Origin: an uncultured Bacillota bacterium
GTDB lineage: Bacteria; Bacillota_I; Bacilli_A; RFN20; CAG-826
DNA: 64,000 nucleotides
NCBI GenBank assembly: GCA_949291655.1
Contig: CASEWT010000001.1
Location: 21,709-85,708 of the forward strand
Direction: 5' to 3'
Of this stretch, positions 49,597-59,615 are shown in pieces; within the stretch, counting starts at the first letter, position 1, and each line of letters begins with the position of its first letter. The notes beneath the pieces are model-generated. The model had not been told where the DNA came from. It worked only from the letters and a program-made list of their open reading frames with translations, and did no database searches. Position numbers and translations under genes: made by a program.

Positions 49597-51544
49597 CCTG
49601 AGGTCTACCGCCAAGGCGGGGGCCATGAATGTCTCCAAGAAGGACCGCCGGAGCGCCATCGGGCGGCTCGTGAAAATGGTCCTCAAGGACTATCCTTGGC
49701 AATTTGCCTTCGTCCTGCTTTGCATCGTCCTCAATAGCGGAGCCGGCGCCGTCGGAAGCTACATCGTCGGCACGGTCATCGTCGACGACTACATCACCCC
49801 GGCCTTGAGAGCCGGAGCCACGTCCCTCCCGCCGGAGTTCACCATCATGATCGCGGTCATGGCTGGAGTTTATGCCCTCGGCCTCGTGGGCGGCTATTTC
49901 TACAACTATTTCATGGCGAAGATCGCCCAAGGGGTCATGAAGAAGATCCGCGACGACCTCTTCAACCACATGCTCGCCCTTCCAATTTCCTATTTCGATA
50001 GCCGGACGCACGGGGACATCATGTCGATTTACACCAACGACGTCGATGCCCTCCGGGAATTCCTTTCCCGGGCCCTTCCGATGATCGCTTCGGCGGTCGC
50101 GACGATGGTCATCTGCCTCGTGATGATGCTTATCACCGACTTCCTCCTTACCGCGGTCGTCATACTCTTCGCGGCGGCGATGTTCCTCCTTACCCGGGTA
50201 ATTGCCAAACGTTCGTCCAAGTACTTCATCTCCCAGCAGATTGAGCTTGGCAAGACGAACGGCTACATCGAGGAAATGGTCACCGGCCAGAAAGTAGTTA
50301 AGGTGTTCAACTACGAGGAGCGGAACATTCTCCACTTCCGCGAGCACAACGACGATCTTTATGCCTACTCGGTCAAGGCCAACCGCTATGCCTCGATCCT
50401 CATGCCGGCCGTCAATCAGCTGGGCAACCTCCAATATGCCATCATCGCCTTGCTAGGCGGCCTTGCCATCGTCATGGGGGCTCAAAACGGCTTCCAGTCG
50501 CTTTCTCTCACCGGCTTCCACGCTATCGAAGTCGGGAACATCATCTCCTTCCTCATGTTCTCGAAGTCCTTCGTTCAGCCGATCGGCCAGGTTTCACAGC
50601 AGCTGAACATCGCGGCTCTCGCCTTGGCTGGGGCCACTCGGATCTTCGCGATGGGCGACGAGCCGAGCGAGACCGACGAGGGCTATGTCGAACTTTGCTA
50701 CGCGAGGGAAGACGAAAACGGCAATCCGGTGGAAACATCCGAACGAACCGGCAAGTGGGCTTGGAAACACCCCCACAAAGACGGTTCCCCGACTTCCTAC
50801 ACCTGGCTCCAGGGGAAAATCGACATGTACAACGTCGACTTTGCCTACGGCAACGGCAAGACCGTTCTCCATGACATCACCCTTTACGCCAAGCCGGGGC
50901 AGAAAATCGCCTTCGTCGGCCCGACCGGAGCCGGGAAGACGACCATCACCAACCTTCTGACCCGTTTCTACGACATCGCCGACGGAAAGGTCCGCTACGA
51001 CGACATCAACATCAACAAGATCAAGAAGAGCGACCTCCGCCGGTCGCTTGGCATGGTCCTTCAGGACACCAAGCTCTTCACCGGGACGGTCCGGGAGAAC
51101 ATCCGCTTCGGGCGCCTCGAGGCGACCGACGAGGAAGTCGAGCGGGCAGCCAAGCTGGCCAACGCCGACAGTTTCATCCGGAACCTGCCCAACGGCTACG
51201 ATACCGTCCTCATCAACGGCGGGGCTTCCCTTTCCCAAGGCCAGCGCCAGCTTCTCTCGATTGCCCGCTGCGCCGTAAGCGATCCGCCGGTCATGATCCT
51301 CGACGAAGCGACGAGCTCGATCGACAGCCGGACCGAGGCCCTTGTCCAAGACGGCATGGATGCCATCATGAAGGGGCGGACGGTGTTCGTCATCGCCCAC
51401 CGTCTATCGACTATTCAAAATAGCGACGTCATCATGGTCCTCGACCAAGGGCGCATCATCGAACGGGGCAATCACGACGATCTCATTGCCAAGAAGGGCA
51501 AGTACTACCAACTCTACACCGGACACCGCGCGGCGAACGCCTAA
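49583..51544 (+). CDS. ABC exporter half-transporter (heterodimer partner) with an insertion of about 35-40 aa before the NBD
   Basis: AAGGAGG RBS. The start overlaps the ABC1 end. Extra segment DEGYVELCYAREDENGNPVETSERTGKWAWKHPHKDGSPTSYTWLQGKIDMYNVDFAY. Walker A GPTGAGKTT, LSQGQRQ, Walker B ILDEATSS. Confidence 0.88.
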   Translation: MPRNNLRSTAKAGAMNVSKKDRRSAIGRLVKMVLKDYPWQFAFVLLCIVLNSGAGAVGSYIVGTVIVDDYITPALRAGATSLPPEFTIMIAVMAGVYALGLVGGYFYNYFMAKIAQGVMKKIRDDLFNHMLALPISYFDSRTHGDIMSIYTNDVDALREFLSRALPMIASAVATMVICLVMMLITDFLLTAVVILFAAAMFLLTRVIAKRSSKYFISQQIELGKTNGYIEEMVTGQKVVKVFNYEERNILHFREHNDDLYAYSVKANRYASILMPAVNQLGNLQYAIIALLGGLAIVMGAQNGFQSLSLTGFHAIEVGNIISFLMFSKSFVQPIGQVSQQLNIAALALAGATRIFAMGDEPSETDEGYVELCYAREDENGNPVETSERTGKWAWKHPHKDGSPTSYTWLQGKIDMYNVDFAYGNGKTVLHDITLYAKPGQKIAFVGPTGAGKTTITNLLTRFYDIADGKVRYDDININKIKKSDLRRSLGMVLQDTKLFTGTVRENIRFGRLEATDEEVERAAKLANADSFIRNLPNGYDTVLINGGASLSQGQRQLLSIARCAVSDPPVMILDEATSSIDSRTEALVQDGMDAIMKGRTVFVIAHRLSTIQNSDVIMVLDQGRIIERGNHDDLIAKKGKYYQLYTGHRAANA

Positions 51545-51557
51545 GCCTCGCTCCTTT

Positions 51558-51589
51558 GCCCCCGGCTCCGGCCGGGGGCTTTCCTTTTT
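51558..51589 (+). terminator. Rho-independent terminator after the ABC pair
   Basis: Perfect 9-bp stem GCCCCCGGC tccg GCCGGGGGC followed by a T-run. Confidence 0.7.
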
Positions 51590-51652
51590 CGGGGTAGTGA
51601 AAGGAGTCGGGAAAATAGGTAAAATCACTAAGCATTTTCAGGGGTAAAATCG

Positions 51653-53137
51653 ATGGAAGAAACGAAACTGTCTGACCAGGAAGAAGCCCGCCGGGCCAAG
51701 CTTCCGAAGTATGAGGAACTCGGGGTCGATCCTTTCGGCGCCCGCTACGAGTGGAAAGACCGGATTTGCGACATCCGGGCCGCTTTTGCGGAGAAAACGG
51801 CCGAGGAACTCGAAGCGAGCCCGGTTAGCGTCAACGTCGCGGGGCGCTTAATGGCCATCCGGAGGATGGGCAAGGCGAGCTTCGCGAAGCTAAAGGATAC
51901 CTATGGCTCGATCCAGCTTTGGATCGGCAAAGACGTCGTCGGCGAACATTCCTATTCCGTCTTCAAACTGGCCGACCTCGGCGATATCGTCGGGATTGAA
52001 GGGACGCTCATGAAGACGAGGACGGGGGAGCTGACCATCAAGGTCGAGAAGTATACCCACCTCGTGAAATGCCTTAAGCCCCTCCCGGAAAAGTTCCACG
52101 GCCTTACCGATACCGAGGACCGTTACCGGAAGCGTTATCTCGACCTCCTCGTCAATGACGACTCGCGGGAGATCGCCCTTGCCCGCCCGCGGATCATTCG
52201 GGGCATCCAGAAGTATTGCGACGAGCGGGGGTTCGTCGAGGTCGAAACGTCCATCCTCTCCCCGATTCTCGGCGGCGCGGCGGCCCGGCCTTTCGTCACG
52301 CACCACAATGCCCTCGACCGGGATTTCTATCTACGGATCGCGACCGAGCTGAACCTTAAGAAATGCATGGTTGGGGGAATCGACCGGGTTTACGAAATCG
52401 GCCGCATTTTCCGCAACGAAGGAATCGATGCCAAGCACAACCCGGAATTCACGACGATTGAGCTTTACCAAGCCTATGGCGACCTCCGCGACATGGCCGC
52501 CTGGGTCGAAGGCCTCCTCCATGAGCTTGCCGCGAAGACGATGAGGAAGGACGTCTTCCATTGGCGCGGCCACGACATCGATCTCTCGAAGCCTTTTGGG
52601 AGCATCTCCCAAGCGGAAGCCATCAAGGAAAAGACCGGAATCGACTTCCGGGACGACATCCCCTTTGAAAAAGCGGTGGAACTTGCCAAGGAGCATAAGG
52701 TACCCCTCGAGAAATCCTGGAACTCGACCGGATACGTGATGCAGGCCTTCTTCGACGAGTTCGTCGAGCCGACGCTCATCCAGCCGACGTTCGTCCATAC
52801 TTATCCGATCGAGGTTTCCCCTCTCACCAAGAAGACGGAGGATCCGCGCTTCGTCGATCGCTTTGAGCTCTTCATCGGCGGAACCGAATTCTGCAACGCC
52901 TATAGCGAACTGAACAACCCCTTCGATCAGAGGGAACGCTTCGAGGCGCAGCTGGCCGCCCGCGAGCGCGGCGACGAAGAAGCCGCCGACATCGACTTCT
53001 CCTTCCTCGATGCCCTCGAGTACGGGATGCCTCCCGCCGGCGGCATCGGCCTAGGGATCGATCGCCTCACGATGCTTCTTACCGAGCAAGAGACCATCCG
53101 CGAGGTTCTTCTCTTCCCGACCCTCAAGGATCGCTGA
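51653..53137 (+). CDS. lysS: Lysyl-tRNA synthetase (class II)
   Basis: 494 aa. OB anticodon-binding N-domain and class II motifs (FRNEG, GGIGLGIDRL). Confidence 0.95.
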   Translation: MEETKLSDQEEARRAKLPKYEELGVDPFGARYEWKDRICDIRAAFAEKTAEELEASPVSVNVAGRLMAIRRMGKASFAKLKDTYGSIQLWIGKDVVGEHSYSVFKLADLGDIVGIEGTLMKTRTGELTIKVEKYTHLVKCLKPLPEKFHGLTDTEDRYRKRYLDLLVNDDSREIALARPRIIRGIQKYCDERGFVEVETSILSPILGGAAARPFVTHHNALDRDFYLRIATELNLKKCMVGGIDRVYEIGRIFRNEGIDAKHNPEFTTIELYQAYGDLRDMAAWVEGLLHELAAKTMRKDVFHWRGHDIDLSKPFGSISQAEAIKEKTGIDFRDDIPFEKAVELAKEHKVPLEKSWNSTGYVMQAFFDEFVEPTLIQPTFVHTYPIEVSPLTKKTEDPRFVDRFELFIGGTEFCNAYSELNNPFDQRERFEAQLAARERGDEEAADIDFSFLDALEYGMPPAGGIGLGIDRLTMLLTEQETIREVLLFPTLKDR

Positions 53138-53146
53138 AACAAGGAA

Positions 53147-53170
53147 AAAGGGCCCAACCGCCCTTTTTCT
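53147..53170 (+). terminator. Rho-independent terminator after lysS
   Basis: AAAGGGC ccaacc GCCCTTT followed by TTTTCTTTC. Confidence 0.6.
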
Positions 53171-53338
53171 TTCTATAGGAAAGTGGAGGGAGGTCGCTGT
53201 CCCTCTCCTTGCCGAAAATGCAAGTTGCCTCGAACTAGGTCGGATAATATAATATTCCGGCCCTGCGAAGGACGGGGCTACACACTCTTATGGCCGTGCT
53301 TCGACGCGGCCCATAGACCGAAATTAGGAGGTGCGACA

Positions 53339-53635
53339 ATGGATAAGTACAGAAAGTACGAGATCATGTACATCCTGAACTCTTCGCTCGACGAAGAAAC
53401 CAGGAAGGCCGAGATCTCGAAGCTCCATGGCATCCTCGAGGCCGGTGGCGGCAAAGTCGCCGACGTCAAGGAGCTGGGCGAGAAAACCTTCGCGTACCCG
53501 ATCAAGAAGCTCACCAAGGGTTACTATGTCGTCGTCAAAGTCTCGACCGACATCGCTTCCCTCGATGAGTTCCGCCGGATCGCGAAGCTCGACCAGAACG
53601 TCATCCGCAATCTTGTCATTACCGACAAGGAATAA
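53339..53635 (+). CDS. rpsF: 30S ribosomal protein S6
   Basis: AGGAGG RBS. MDKYRKYEIMYILNSSLDEE... S6 fold. The start is 156 nt inside the track ORF. Confidence 0.9.
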   Translation: MDKYRKYEIMYILNSSLDEETRKAEISKLHGILEAGGGKVADVKELGEKTFAYPIKKLTKGYYVVVKVSTDIASLDEFRRIAKLDQNVIRNLVITDKE

Positions 53636-53661
53636 GCGAGAAAGCAGGATCTGAATCGAAC

Positions 53662-54117
53662 ATGTTGAACCGCGTCATTCTCATTGGCCGCATGACTCGC
53701 GACCCCGAACTCCGCAAGACTACTTCCGGTCTTTCCGTCCTCTCCTTCAGGATTGCCGTCGACGATAACCGCAAGGGTCCCAACGGCGAGAAGCAAACGC
53801 TCTTCATCGGATGCTCGGTGTTCGGTCAGCGCGCCGAGACGGTCAGCCGCTTCACCCACAAGGGAAGCCTTGTCGGCGTGGACGGCCGCCTTCAGCAACG
53901 GACATATACCGATCGGAACGGCAACAACGTGACCTCGACGGAAGTCGTGTGCGACAGCGTCGAGTTCCTCGACCCGAAAGGCACCAAGCCGGGCGACAGC
54001 GGCTACGAAAGCGACATGCCTTCATCCCCGCGTCCCGCTTCTAACCGCCCCTCGCCGAGCGAGGAGCCGGGCCTCGACGACGGTTTCGACATCAAAGACG
54101 ACGACATGCCTTTTTAA
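53662..54117 (+). CDS. ssb: Single-stranded DNA-binding protein
   Basis: OB fold MLNRVILIGRMTRDPELR... and an acidic tail ending DDDMPF. Confidence 0.93.
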   Translation: MLNRVILIGRMTRDPELRKTTSGLSVLSFRIAVDDNRKGPNGEKQTLFIGCSVFGQRAETVSRFTHKGSLVGVDGRLQQRTYTDRNGNNVTSTEVVCDSVEFLDPKGTKPGDSGYESDMPSSPRPASNRPSPSEEPGLDDGFDIKDDDMPF

Positions 54118-54138
54118 CGAAGAAAGGAAACAATAGCC

Positions 54139-54369
54139 ATGGCTTACAAGAAAATGCGCCCTCGCAAGAAGGTTTGCTACTTCACGAAGAACCACATCAA
54201 GTACATCGACTACAAGGATGTGGAACTTCTCCAGCGCTTCATCAATGCCGACGGGAAGATCGCCTCGCGCGCTTCGACCGGCACCAGCGCCAAGTACCAA
54301 CGCCAGCTTGCCACGGCCATCAAAAACGCCCGCTACATGGGACTTCTCCCGTATCCGGGCCAACGCTAA
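54139..54369 (+). CDS. rpsR: 30S ribosomal protein S18
   Basis: 76 aa, ...[23 protein letters not shown]... The rpsF-ssb-rpsR operon. Confidence 0.93.
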   Translation: MAYKKMRPRKKVCYFTKNHIKYIDYKDVELLQRFINADGKIASRASTGTSAKYQRQLATAIKNARYMGLLPYPGQR

Positions 54370-54424
54370 TCGAATCAATCAAAGAGCCCGCCGTCGAAGA
54401 GGCGGGCTTTTTTTGTGTCTTCCT

Positions 54425-55213
54425 CTACCTTTCGATGATGCCGAGATGGATGAGGCCGTTTTCGATGCCATCTTCCTCGATCGAAGTCGTGACCCAGGAA
54501 GCCTTTTCCTTCGCTTCCTTCACCCCGTTGCCCATGCAGATGCCATGCCCGACGAGATTGAACATGTCGATGTCGTTGGTATCGTCGCCAAAGGCGGCCA
54601 ATTCGTCTTTCGCAAAGCCTGCATTGGCAATGAGGGCCTTGATGCCATCGCTTTTGCGAAATGGTTCGCTGGTGATCTCGGCTGCGGTCTCGAAGAAGCG
54701 GTTGAAGGTGGTGCCGGCCCGCTTTCTGAAGTAGGGTTCCTTTCCCTCCTTCATGAACAGTTGGATCGCCAGGACGGGTTCGCCTTGGTATTCGGAGATG
54801 GGCCGGGGCCGGGGTTCGTAGTAGACGGCATAGAAAGAATTCACGTTTGGATCGTCGGGAAAGCTTGAAAGATAGGCTTCCCTAAGGGTGACGAGAAGGC
54901 AGGAGACCTTTTGTTCCTTGGCTGTTTGCAAGATTTCCTCGACGAGGGAAGGAGGGGGGGACTTGGCATAAAGGATTTCGTCCTTCGTAAAAGCCGCACC
55001 TCCGTTGTTGACGACGAAGCCGTCGAAGTCGAGCTGCTCGAAAGTGCCCAGTTCCCGGAGGGCATAATAGCTTCGGGCCGAGTTTATGAAGATCCGGATG
55101 CCTAGGTCGTGGGCAGTTTTGATTGCTCGGATTGCCGACGGCACAAAAGAGCGAGTCTTGTGGTCGAAGAGGGTCCAATCGAAATCAAAGAAGACAGCTT
55201 TGACCTTCGCCAT
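54425..55213 (-). CDS. Cof-type HAD-superfamily hydrolase
   Basis: FFDFDWTLF (DxD motif I), a cap domain, and GDDTNDIDMF motif IV. Confidence 0.8.
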   Translation of the reverse strand: MAKVKAVFFDFDWTLFDHKTRSFVPSAIRAIKTAHDLGIRIFINSARSYYALRELGTFEQLDFDGFVVNNGGAAFTKDEILYAKSPPPSLVEEILQTAKEQKVSCLLVTLREAYLSSFPDDPNVNSFYAVYYEPRPRPISEYQGEPVLAIQLFMKEGKEPYFRKRAGTTFNRFFETAAEITSEPFRKSDGIKALIANAGFAKDELAAFGDDTNDIDMFNLVGHGICMGNGVKEAKEKASWVTTSIEEDGIENGLIHLGIIER

Positions 55214-55451
55214 GGGAAAAAGATATTCAACAGATGGATTGGGAGCAAGGCCGACGGAGGCGAATTTCGTACCGTCTTTTGGCCCTCTTTCAAGACAGGA
55301 ACTCTGAAATTCCTCGCAAAAACGTCATAACTTTCAAGATATGAGCAAAATTCCCAGCAAAAGATTGAAGGGGGCAAACGCTTTTTGGAAATTTAATTTT
55401 TACGGGAATTGAACGTTTGTTCAGTTACGAAACTTTTTGCAATCAAAGGGG

Positions 55452-55592
55452 TTAACAAATAACCTGAAAGCGCTTACACTATAGGTGGTCGAAGGGGCGC
55501 TACCGCAAACGGCGGCGAGTGGCAGCAAAGCGCCCCGATACCTCCTTTCGGGAAAGAGCCAGGCCGGCGGAAAAGCCTGGCTCTTTCTTGTT
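55452..55592 (+). ncRNA. Candidate small RNA or cis-regulatory leader: promoter, structured core and intrinsic terminator upstream of gdpP
   Basis: TTAACA, a 17-nt spacer, then TACACT. It is followed by paired segments GGGGCGCU...AGCGCCCC enclosing CCGC-AAAC-GGCGG, then the hairpin GAGCCAGGC cggcggaaaa GCCUGGCUC and a U-run. It contains CCUCCUUUC. Confidence 0.4.
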
Positions 55593-55635
55593 CCCTACTA
55601 TGTAGGGAGGGGCGGGGAGGCTATAATGACCGGGC

Positions 55636-57681
55636 ATGGGCAAGACGATTAAGCCAATTCGGCTTTGTTCTTATGTCGCCTTCGTGGTGGAGGCCTTGAT
55701 CTTTGCCGCGATTGGGCTCTTTTGGTATTTCGATTTCGGGGGCGTTCGGAGCGTACCGAACATCGAGGTCTATTTCTTTGCCATTCTGGCGGTAAGCCTC
55801 ATTGCCGACATCGTTGCCTTCTGGTTCGTTATCGCCTACATTCATCGCGTCCGTTTGAAAAACGACCTCGACTCGGCCGTTCTAGTCGGCAGCGAAGTCC
55901 AAAAAGCCGTCGATTTCGGGGAAATCGGATTGCTCGTCGTCGACACGAACGATGTGATCATGTGGACGAGCTCCCTTTTCACCTCCCGGCAGCAGTACTT
56001 GGTCGACACGCCCGTTTTCGAGTGGCAGCCCAATCTCCGGGAATTGGTCAACGCCCCGGTCAACAAAGTCATCAAGCTGGAAATCATGACGCGGCTATAT
56101 AGCGTCAAGTACGTTTCCGAGTCCCGCCTTTTCATTTTCCGCGACATCACCGAGAAAGAGCAAAAGGCCGCCGAGCTCGATGCCCAGCGGATTGTCCTCG
56201 GGATCATCGCCCTCGACAATTACACCGATATTGCCTCGGATACCGATGAATCAGCCGAATACGTCAATGCCGTTCGCAACTGCATCGTCAATTACTTCAA
56301 GGAACGCGGTTTTGTCCTCCGTCGGGTCAAGGCCGACACCTACTTCGCCGTCGGCCAGTATTCGTCCCTCGAGAAAATGGAAGCCGACAAGTTCTCGGTT
56401 CTGAACGACGTCCGAAACGAAGGGAAGGACGAAGAGAAACCTATCACCCTCTCGATGGGCTTCGCCACGAACTTCAACGAGTCGATGACCAAGCTCAACG
56501 AGTACGCGACCACGGCCCTCGACGTTTGCCTTTCCCGGGGCGGCGACCAAGCGGTAGTCAACGAGTTCGGCAGCGACCTCCGCTTCTTCGGTGGGAAATC
56601 GGCGGCCATCGAAAGCATCTCCAAGGTCAAGGTTCGTTCGATTGCCGACTCGATCCTCTCGCTCATCAAGAGTTCCTCTGGCGTGTACGTCATGGGGCAC
56701 GTGGACATGGACATGGATGCCCTTGGCTCCTGCCTTGGCATCAAGGCCATCTGCGAGCATTTCGTCGAAGGCGACAAGGAAAAGCCCTGTAAGATCGTCT
56801 ATCAGCGGAACCTCGTCGAGGCCAAGACGAAAATGGCCATGACGACGGCTTTCCCGAAGGACGAGTTCGAGCGGATGACGATTACTCCCGACGAGGCATA
56901 CAATTCGATCCGGAGCGGAACGCTCCTCATCGTCGTCGACGTTTCGGTCCCGGAGATGACGATGGCGCCCAAGCTCCTCGAAAAAGCCAAGAAGGTCATC
57001 GTCATCGACCATCACCGCCGTGGCGAGAAGTTCATCGATTCCCCCGTTTTGGCTTATGTTGAGCCTTCGGCCGCCTCGGCCAGCGAGCTCATCGCCGAGA
57101 TGGTCCGCTATGCCACGGCCAACCCGCCGATTACCATCAAGCCCTCTTATGCGACGATTATGCTCTCGGGCATCTTCCTCGATTCGAATTTCTTCAAGGC
57201 CAAGGCGACGGGGCGAAGGACCTTCGAGGCTTGCGAGATCCTCAAGGAAAACGGCGCCGACAACTCGGTGGCCAACGACTACCTCAAGGACGACTACGCC
57301 GAGTATACCCTCATCAATTCGATTGCCGCGACGATCGAGACGCCGAAGACCGGGGTTTGCTATTGCTACAGCGACGATAGCAAACTCATCGAGCGGGCCA
57401 CCCTATCCAAGGTCGCCAATGCCCTCATGCAGGTGAAAGGCATCCAAGCTTGTTTCGTCATCGGGAAGACCGACGACAAGACGATTCGGGTGAGCGCGCG
57501 GAGCGACGGAACGATCAACGTGCAGCTTCTTTGCGAGCGCATGGGCGGCGGCGGGCACTTCACGATGGCCGCGGCCTCTTTCAAGGGGGCGACGGTCGAA
57601 CGGGTCATCAATACCCTCAAAGTCACGCTGGATGATTATCTCGAACTGGCCACCGCGGCCAATCCGAGGAAAGGAGAATAG
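55636..57681 (+). CDS. gdpP: GdpP-type c-di-AMP phosphodiesterase (2 TM, degenerate GGDEF, DHH/DHHA1 domains)
   Basis: 681 aa. N-terminal TMs, a PAS/GGDEF-like middle region, and the DHH motif (VIDHHRRG) with DHHA1 (GGGH). gdpP-rplI-dnaB synteny as in yybT-rplI-dnaC of Bacillus. A TATAAT sits about 7 nt before the ATG, with no RBS. Confidence 0.88.
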   Translation: MGKTIKPIRLCSYVAFVVEALIFAAIGLFWYFDFGGVRSVPNIEVYFFAILAVSLIADIVAFWFVIAYIHRVRLKNDLDSAVLVGSEVQKAVDFGEIGLLVVDTNDVIMWTSSLFTSRQQYLVDTPVFEWQPNLRELVNAPVNKVIKLEIMTRLYSVKYVSESRLFIFRDITEKEQKAAELDAQRIVLGIIALDNYTDIASDTDESAEYVNAVRNCIVNYFKERGFVLRRVKADTYFAVGQYSSLEKMEADKFSVLNDVRNEGKDEEKPITLSMGFATNFNESMTKLNEYATTALDVCLSRGGDQAVVNEFGSDLRFFGGKSAAIESISKVKVRSIADSILSLIKSSSGVYVMGHVDMDMDALGSCLGIKAICEHFVEGDKEKPCKIVYQRNLVEAKTKMAMTTAFPKDEFERMTITPDEAYNSIRSGTLLIVVDVSVPEMTMAPKLLEKAKKVIVIDHHRRGEKFIDSPVLAYVEPSAASASELIAEMVRYATANPPITIKPSYATIMLSGIFLDSNFFKAKATGRRTFEACEILKENGADNSVANDYLKDDYAEYTLINSIAATIETPKTGVCYCYSDDSKLIERATLSKVANALMQVKGIQACFVIGKTDDKTIRVSARSDGTINVQLLCERMGGGGHFTMAAASFKGATVERVINTLKVTLDDYLELATAANPRKGE

Positions 57682-57684
57682 AAC

Positions 57685-58149
57685 ATGGAAGTCATTTTGC
57701 TAGCCGATGTCAAAAACGTCGGGAAGAAGGGAGAGACCGTCAAGGTCTCGGACGGCTATGGAAACAATTTCCTCGTGAAAAGGGGGCTGGCCGTCATTTC
57801 GACGAAGGGCAGCCAAGCCCAACTCCAGGTCGACAACGCCAAGGAACTCGAGCGCCAGAAGGTCCTCAAGGCCGAAGCCGAGGAGTTGGCCAAGCGCCTT
57901 GAGCACATCAACGTCGAATTCACCGGCAAGGTCGGAAGCGACGGCCGGATGTTCGGCAGCATTTCCCCGAAGGAAATCGTCTCGGGCCTCAAGGAGCAAT
58001 GGGGGATCGAAGTCGACAAGCGGAAGTTCATCGACAAATACCCGGCCAACGCCCTTGGCTATACCCGCCTCCAAATCGAGCTGTACAAGGGCGTTTGCGG
58101 CCAAGTCATCGGAACAGTGAACGTCCACATCTCCGAGGAGAAGAAATGA
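57685..58149 (+). CDS. rplI: 50S ribosomal protein L9
   Basis: 154 aa, [30 protein letters not shown]. Confidence 0.93.
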   Translation: MEVILLADVKNVGKKGETVKVSDGYGNNFLVKRGLAVISTKGSQAQLQVDNAKELERQKVLKAEAEELAKRLEHINVEFTGKVGSDGRMFGSISPKEIVSGLKEQWGIEVDKRKFIDKYPANALGYTRLQIELYKGVCGQVIGTVNVHISEEKK

Positions 58150-59615
58150 GCAAGCTCTACCTGAAGGTAGGAAACGTCGAGGCCGAGCGGTCGGTTTTGG
58201 GCGCCATGCTCATGGATGCCGGCGCGGCCTCCTACGGCCTTGGAGCCCTGACGGTCGACGCTTTTTCCGATCTCGATGCCCGGAACAAGCTGGTCTTCCA
58301 AGCCATGGTCGACCTCGCTGACCAAGGCAAGCCGATCGATCCTCAGATGGTCACCGACCGCCTCATCAATGCCAAGACTTACGAGGATGCCGGCGGAGCC
58401 GAATACCTCGGGGAACTGATCCAAAGCCTCATCAATCCCGACAACGTCGAGCACTATGTCCGGGTCATCCGCGACCAAGCCCTCCTTCGGGACTACCTCA
58501 AGGAGATGGACGATATCGAGCGCGACTTCCAAGAGGGCTCTTACGAGGACATCGGCACCTTCATTTCGACCTCGACCGACCGCCTCGACCGGATTTCCAG
58601 CAAGCGGCAGGTTGGGCAATTCCTCGATGCCGCGACGGTGGCCGAGATCGTGCGCAACCAGATTGACCAGGAATCGAAGTATGCCAACCGTTACCTGACG
58701 GGAATCGACACCGGTTTCAAGCGGCTGAACAAAATCATTCACGGCTGGCAAAAGAACTCTCTTGTCATCTTGGCAGCTCGTCCTTCGGTCGGCAAAACGG
58801 CTCTCGCCATCAATTTCGCCTACAATGCCGCGACCTATAGCCGGGGAGGACCGGTCGCTTTCTTCTCTTGCGAGATGGACAATGCCTCGATCATGAAGCG
58901 GCTTCTTTCGGCCGTGAGCAACGTCGAAGCCGACCACCTTCAGACCGGCGATCTTGACGACCGGGACCGCGAAAAAATCAATTCCGGCATCGAACTCATC
59001 AAAAAGACCGACCTCTATTTCGACGATACCCCCAACGCCCTCGTCGGCGACATCATCGCCAAGGCCAAAAAGCTCAAGTCAGCCCATCCCGATCTTTGTC
59101 TCATCGTCATCGACTATCTGAACATCCTTGGAACATCGGAAAAATACGAAAGCAAGAACATCGAGATCGGCGCGATTACCAAATCGCTCAAAGGCTTGGC
59201 CCGCGACCTTCAGATTCCCGTCATTTGCTTAGCCCAGATCAACCGGAAGGCCGACGACAATACCGATGGCCGCCCGACGATGAGCAACCTCAAGGATTCG
59301 GGAAACATCGAGCAGGATGCCGACCTCGTTCTCATCCTCTCCCGGAGCGATTACGGGAGGAAGAAGCGCGACCCGCAAGCCGGAAGCTACGTCGACAATC
59401 TCAACCAGCAGCTCGAAGCCAACCGGAAGGCCGGCAAGGACAAGGCCTCGATGTCGATCAGCAACATCGAGATAGCCAAGAACCGGAACGGCCCGCTCGG
59501 GAACGTGACCCTGGTCTTCTCAAAGAGCTATTCGCGTTTCGACAATCCTTCCCTCGAGATGGAACGGCAAATCGCCGAGGCGAGCGGGAACCCCCTCCTC
59601 GAGGACGATGAATGA
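58146..59615 (+). CDS. dnaB: Replicative DNA helicase (DnaB family; DnaC in Bacillus nomenclature)
   Basis: The ATG overlaps the rplI TGA. Motifs [11 protein letters not shown], Walker [10 protein letters not shown], and the RecA-fold H2-H4 motifs. There is no intein (490 aa). Confidence 0.93.
   Translation: MSKLYLKVGNVEAERSVLGAMLMDAGAASYGLGALTVDAFSDLDARNKLVFQAMVDLADQGKPIDPQMVTDRLINAKTYEDAGGAEYLGELIQSLINPDNVEHYVRVIRDQALLRDYLKEMDDIERDFQEGSYEDIGTFISTSTDRLDRISSKRQVGQFLDAATVAEIVRNQIDQESKYANRYLTGIDTGFKRLNKIIHGWQKNSLVILAARPSVGKTALAINFAYNAATYSRGGPVAFFSCEMDNASIMKRLLSAVSNVEADHLQTGDLDDRDREKINSGIELIKKTDLYFDDTPNALVGDIIAKAKKLKSAHPDLCLIVIDYLNILGTSEKYESKNIEIGAITKSLKGLARDLQIPVICLAQINRKADDNTDGRPTMSNLKDSGNIEQDADLVLILSRSDYGRKKRDPQAGSYVDNLNQQLEANRKAGKDKASMSISNIEIAKNRNGPLGNVTLVFSKSYSRFDNPSLEMERQIAEASGNPLLEDDE

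Noticed and set aside
51545-51652. Possible T-box or lysine riboswitch upstream of lysS.
   Set aside because: Only 108 nt, occupied by the upstream terminator and a promoter. No specifier or T-box motif (AGGGUGGNACCGCG) is present.
55341-55412. 23-codon ORF (MSKIPSKRLKGANAFWKFNFYGN) in the gdpP upstream region.
   Set aside because: No RBS and no conservation signal. It is more likely non-coding spacer.
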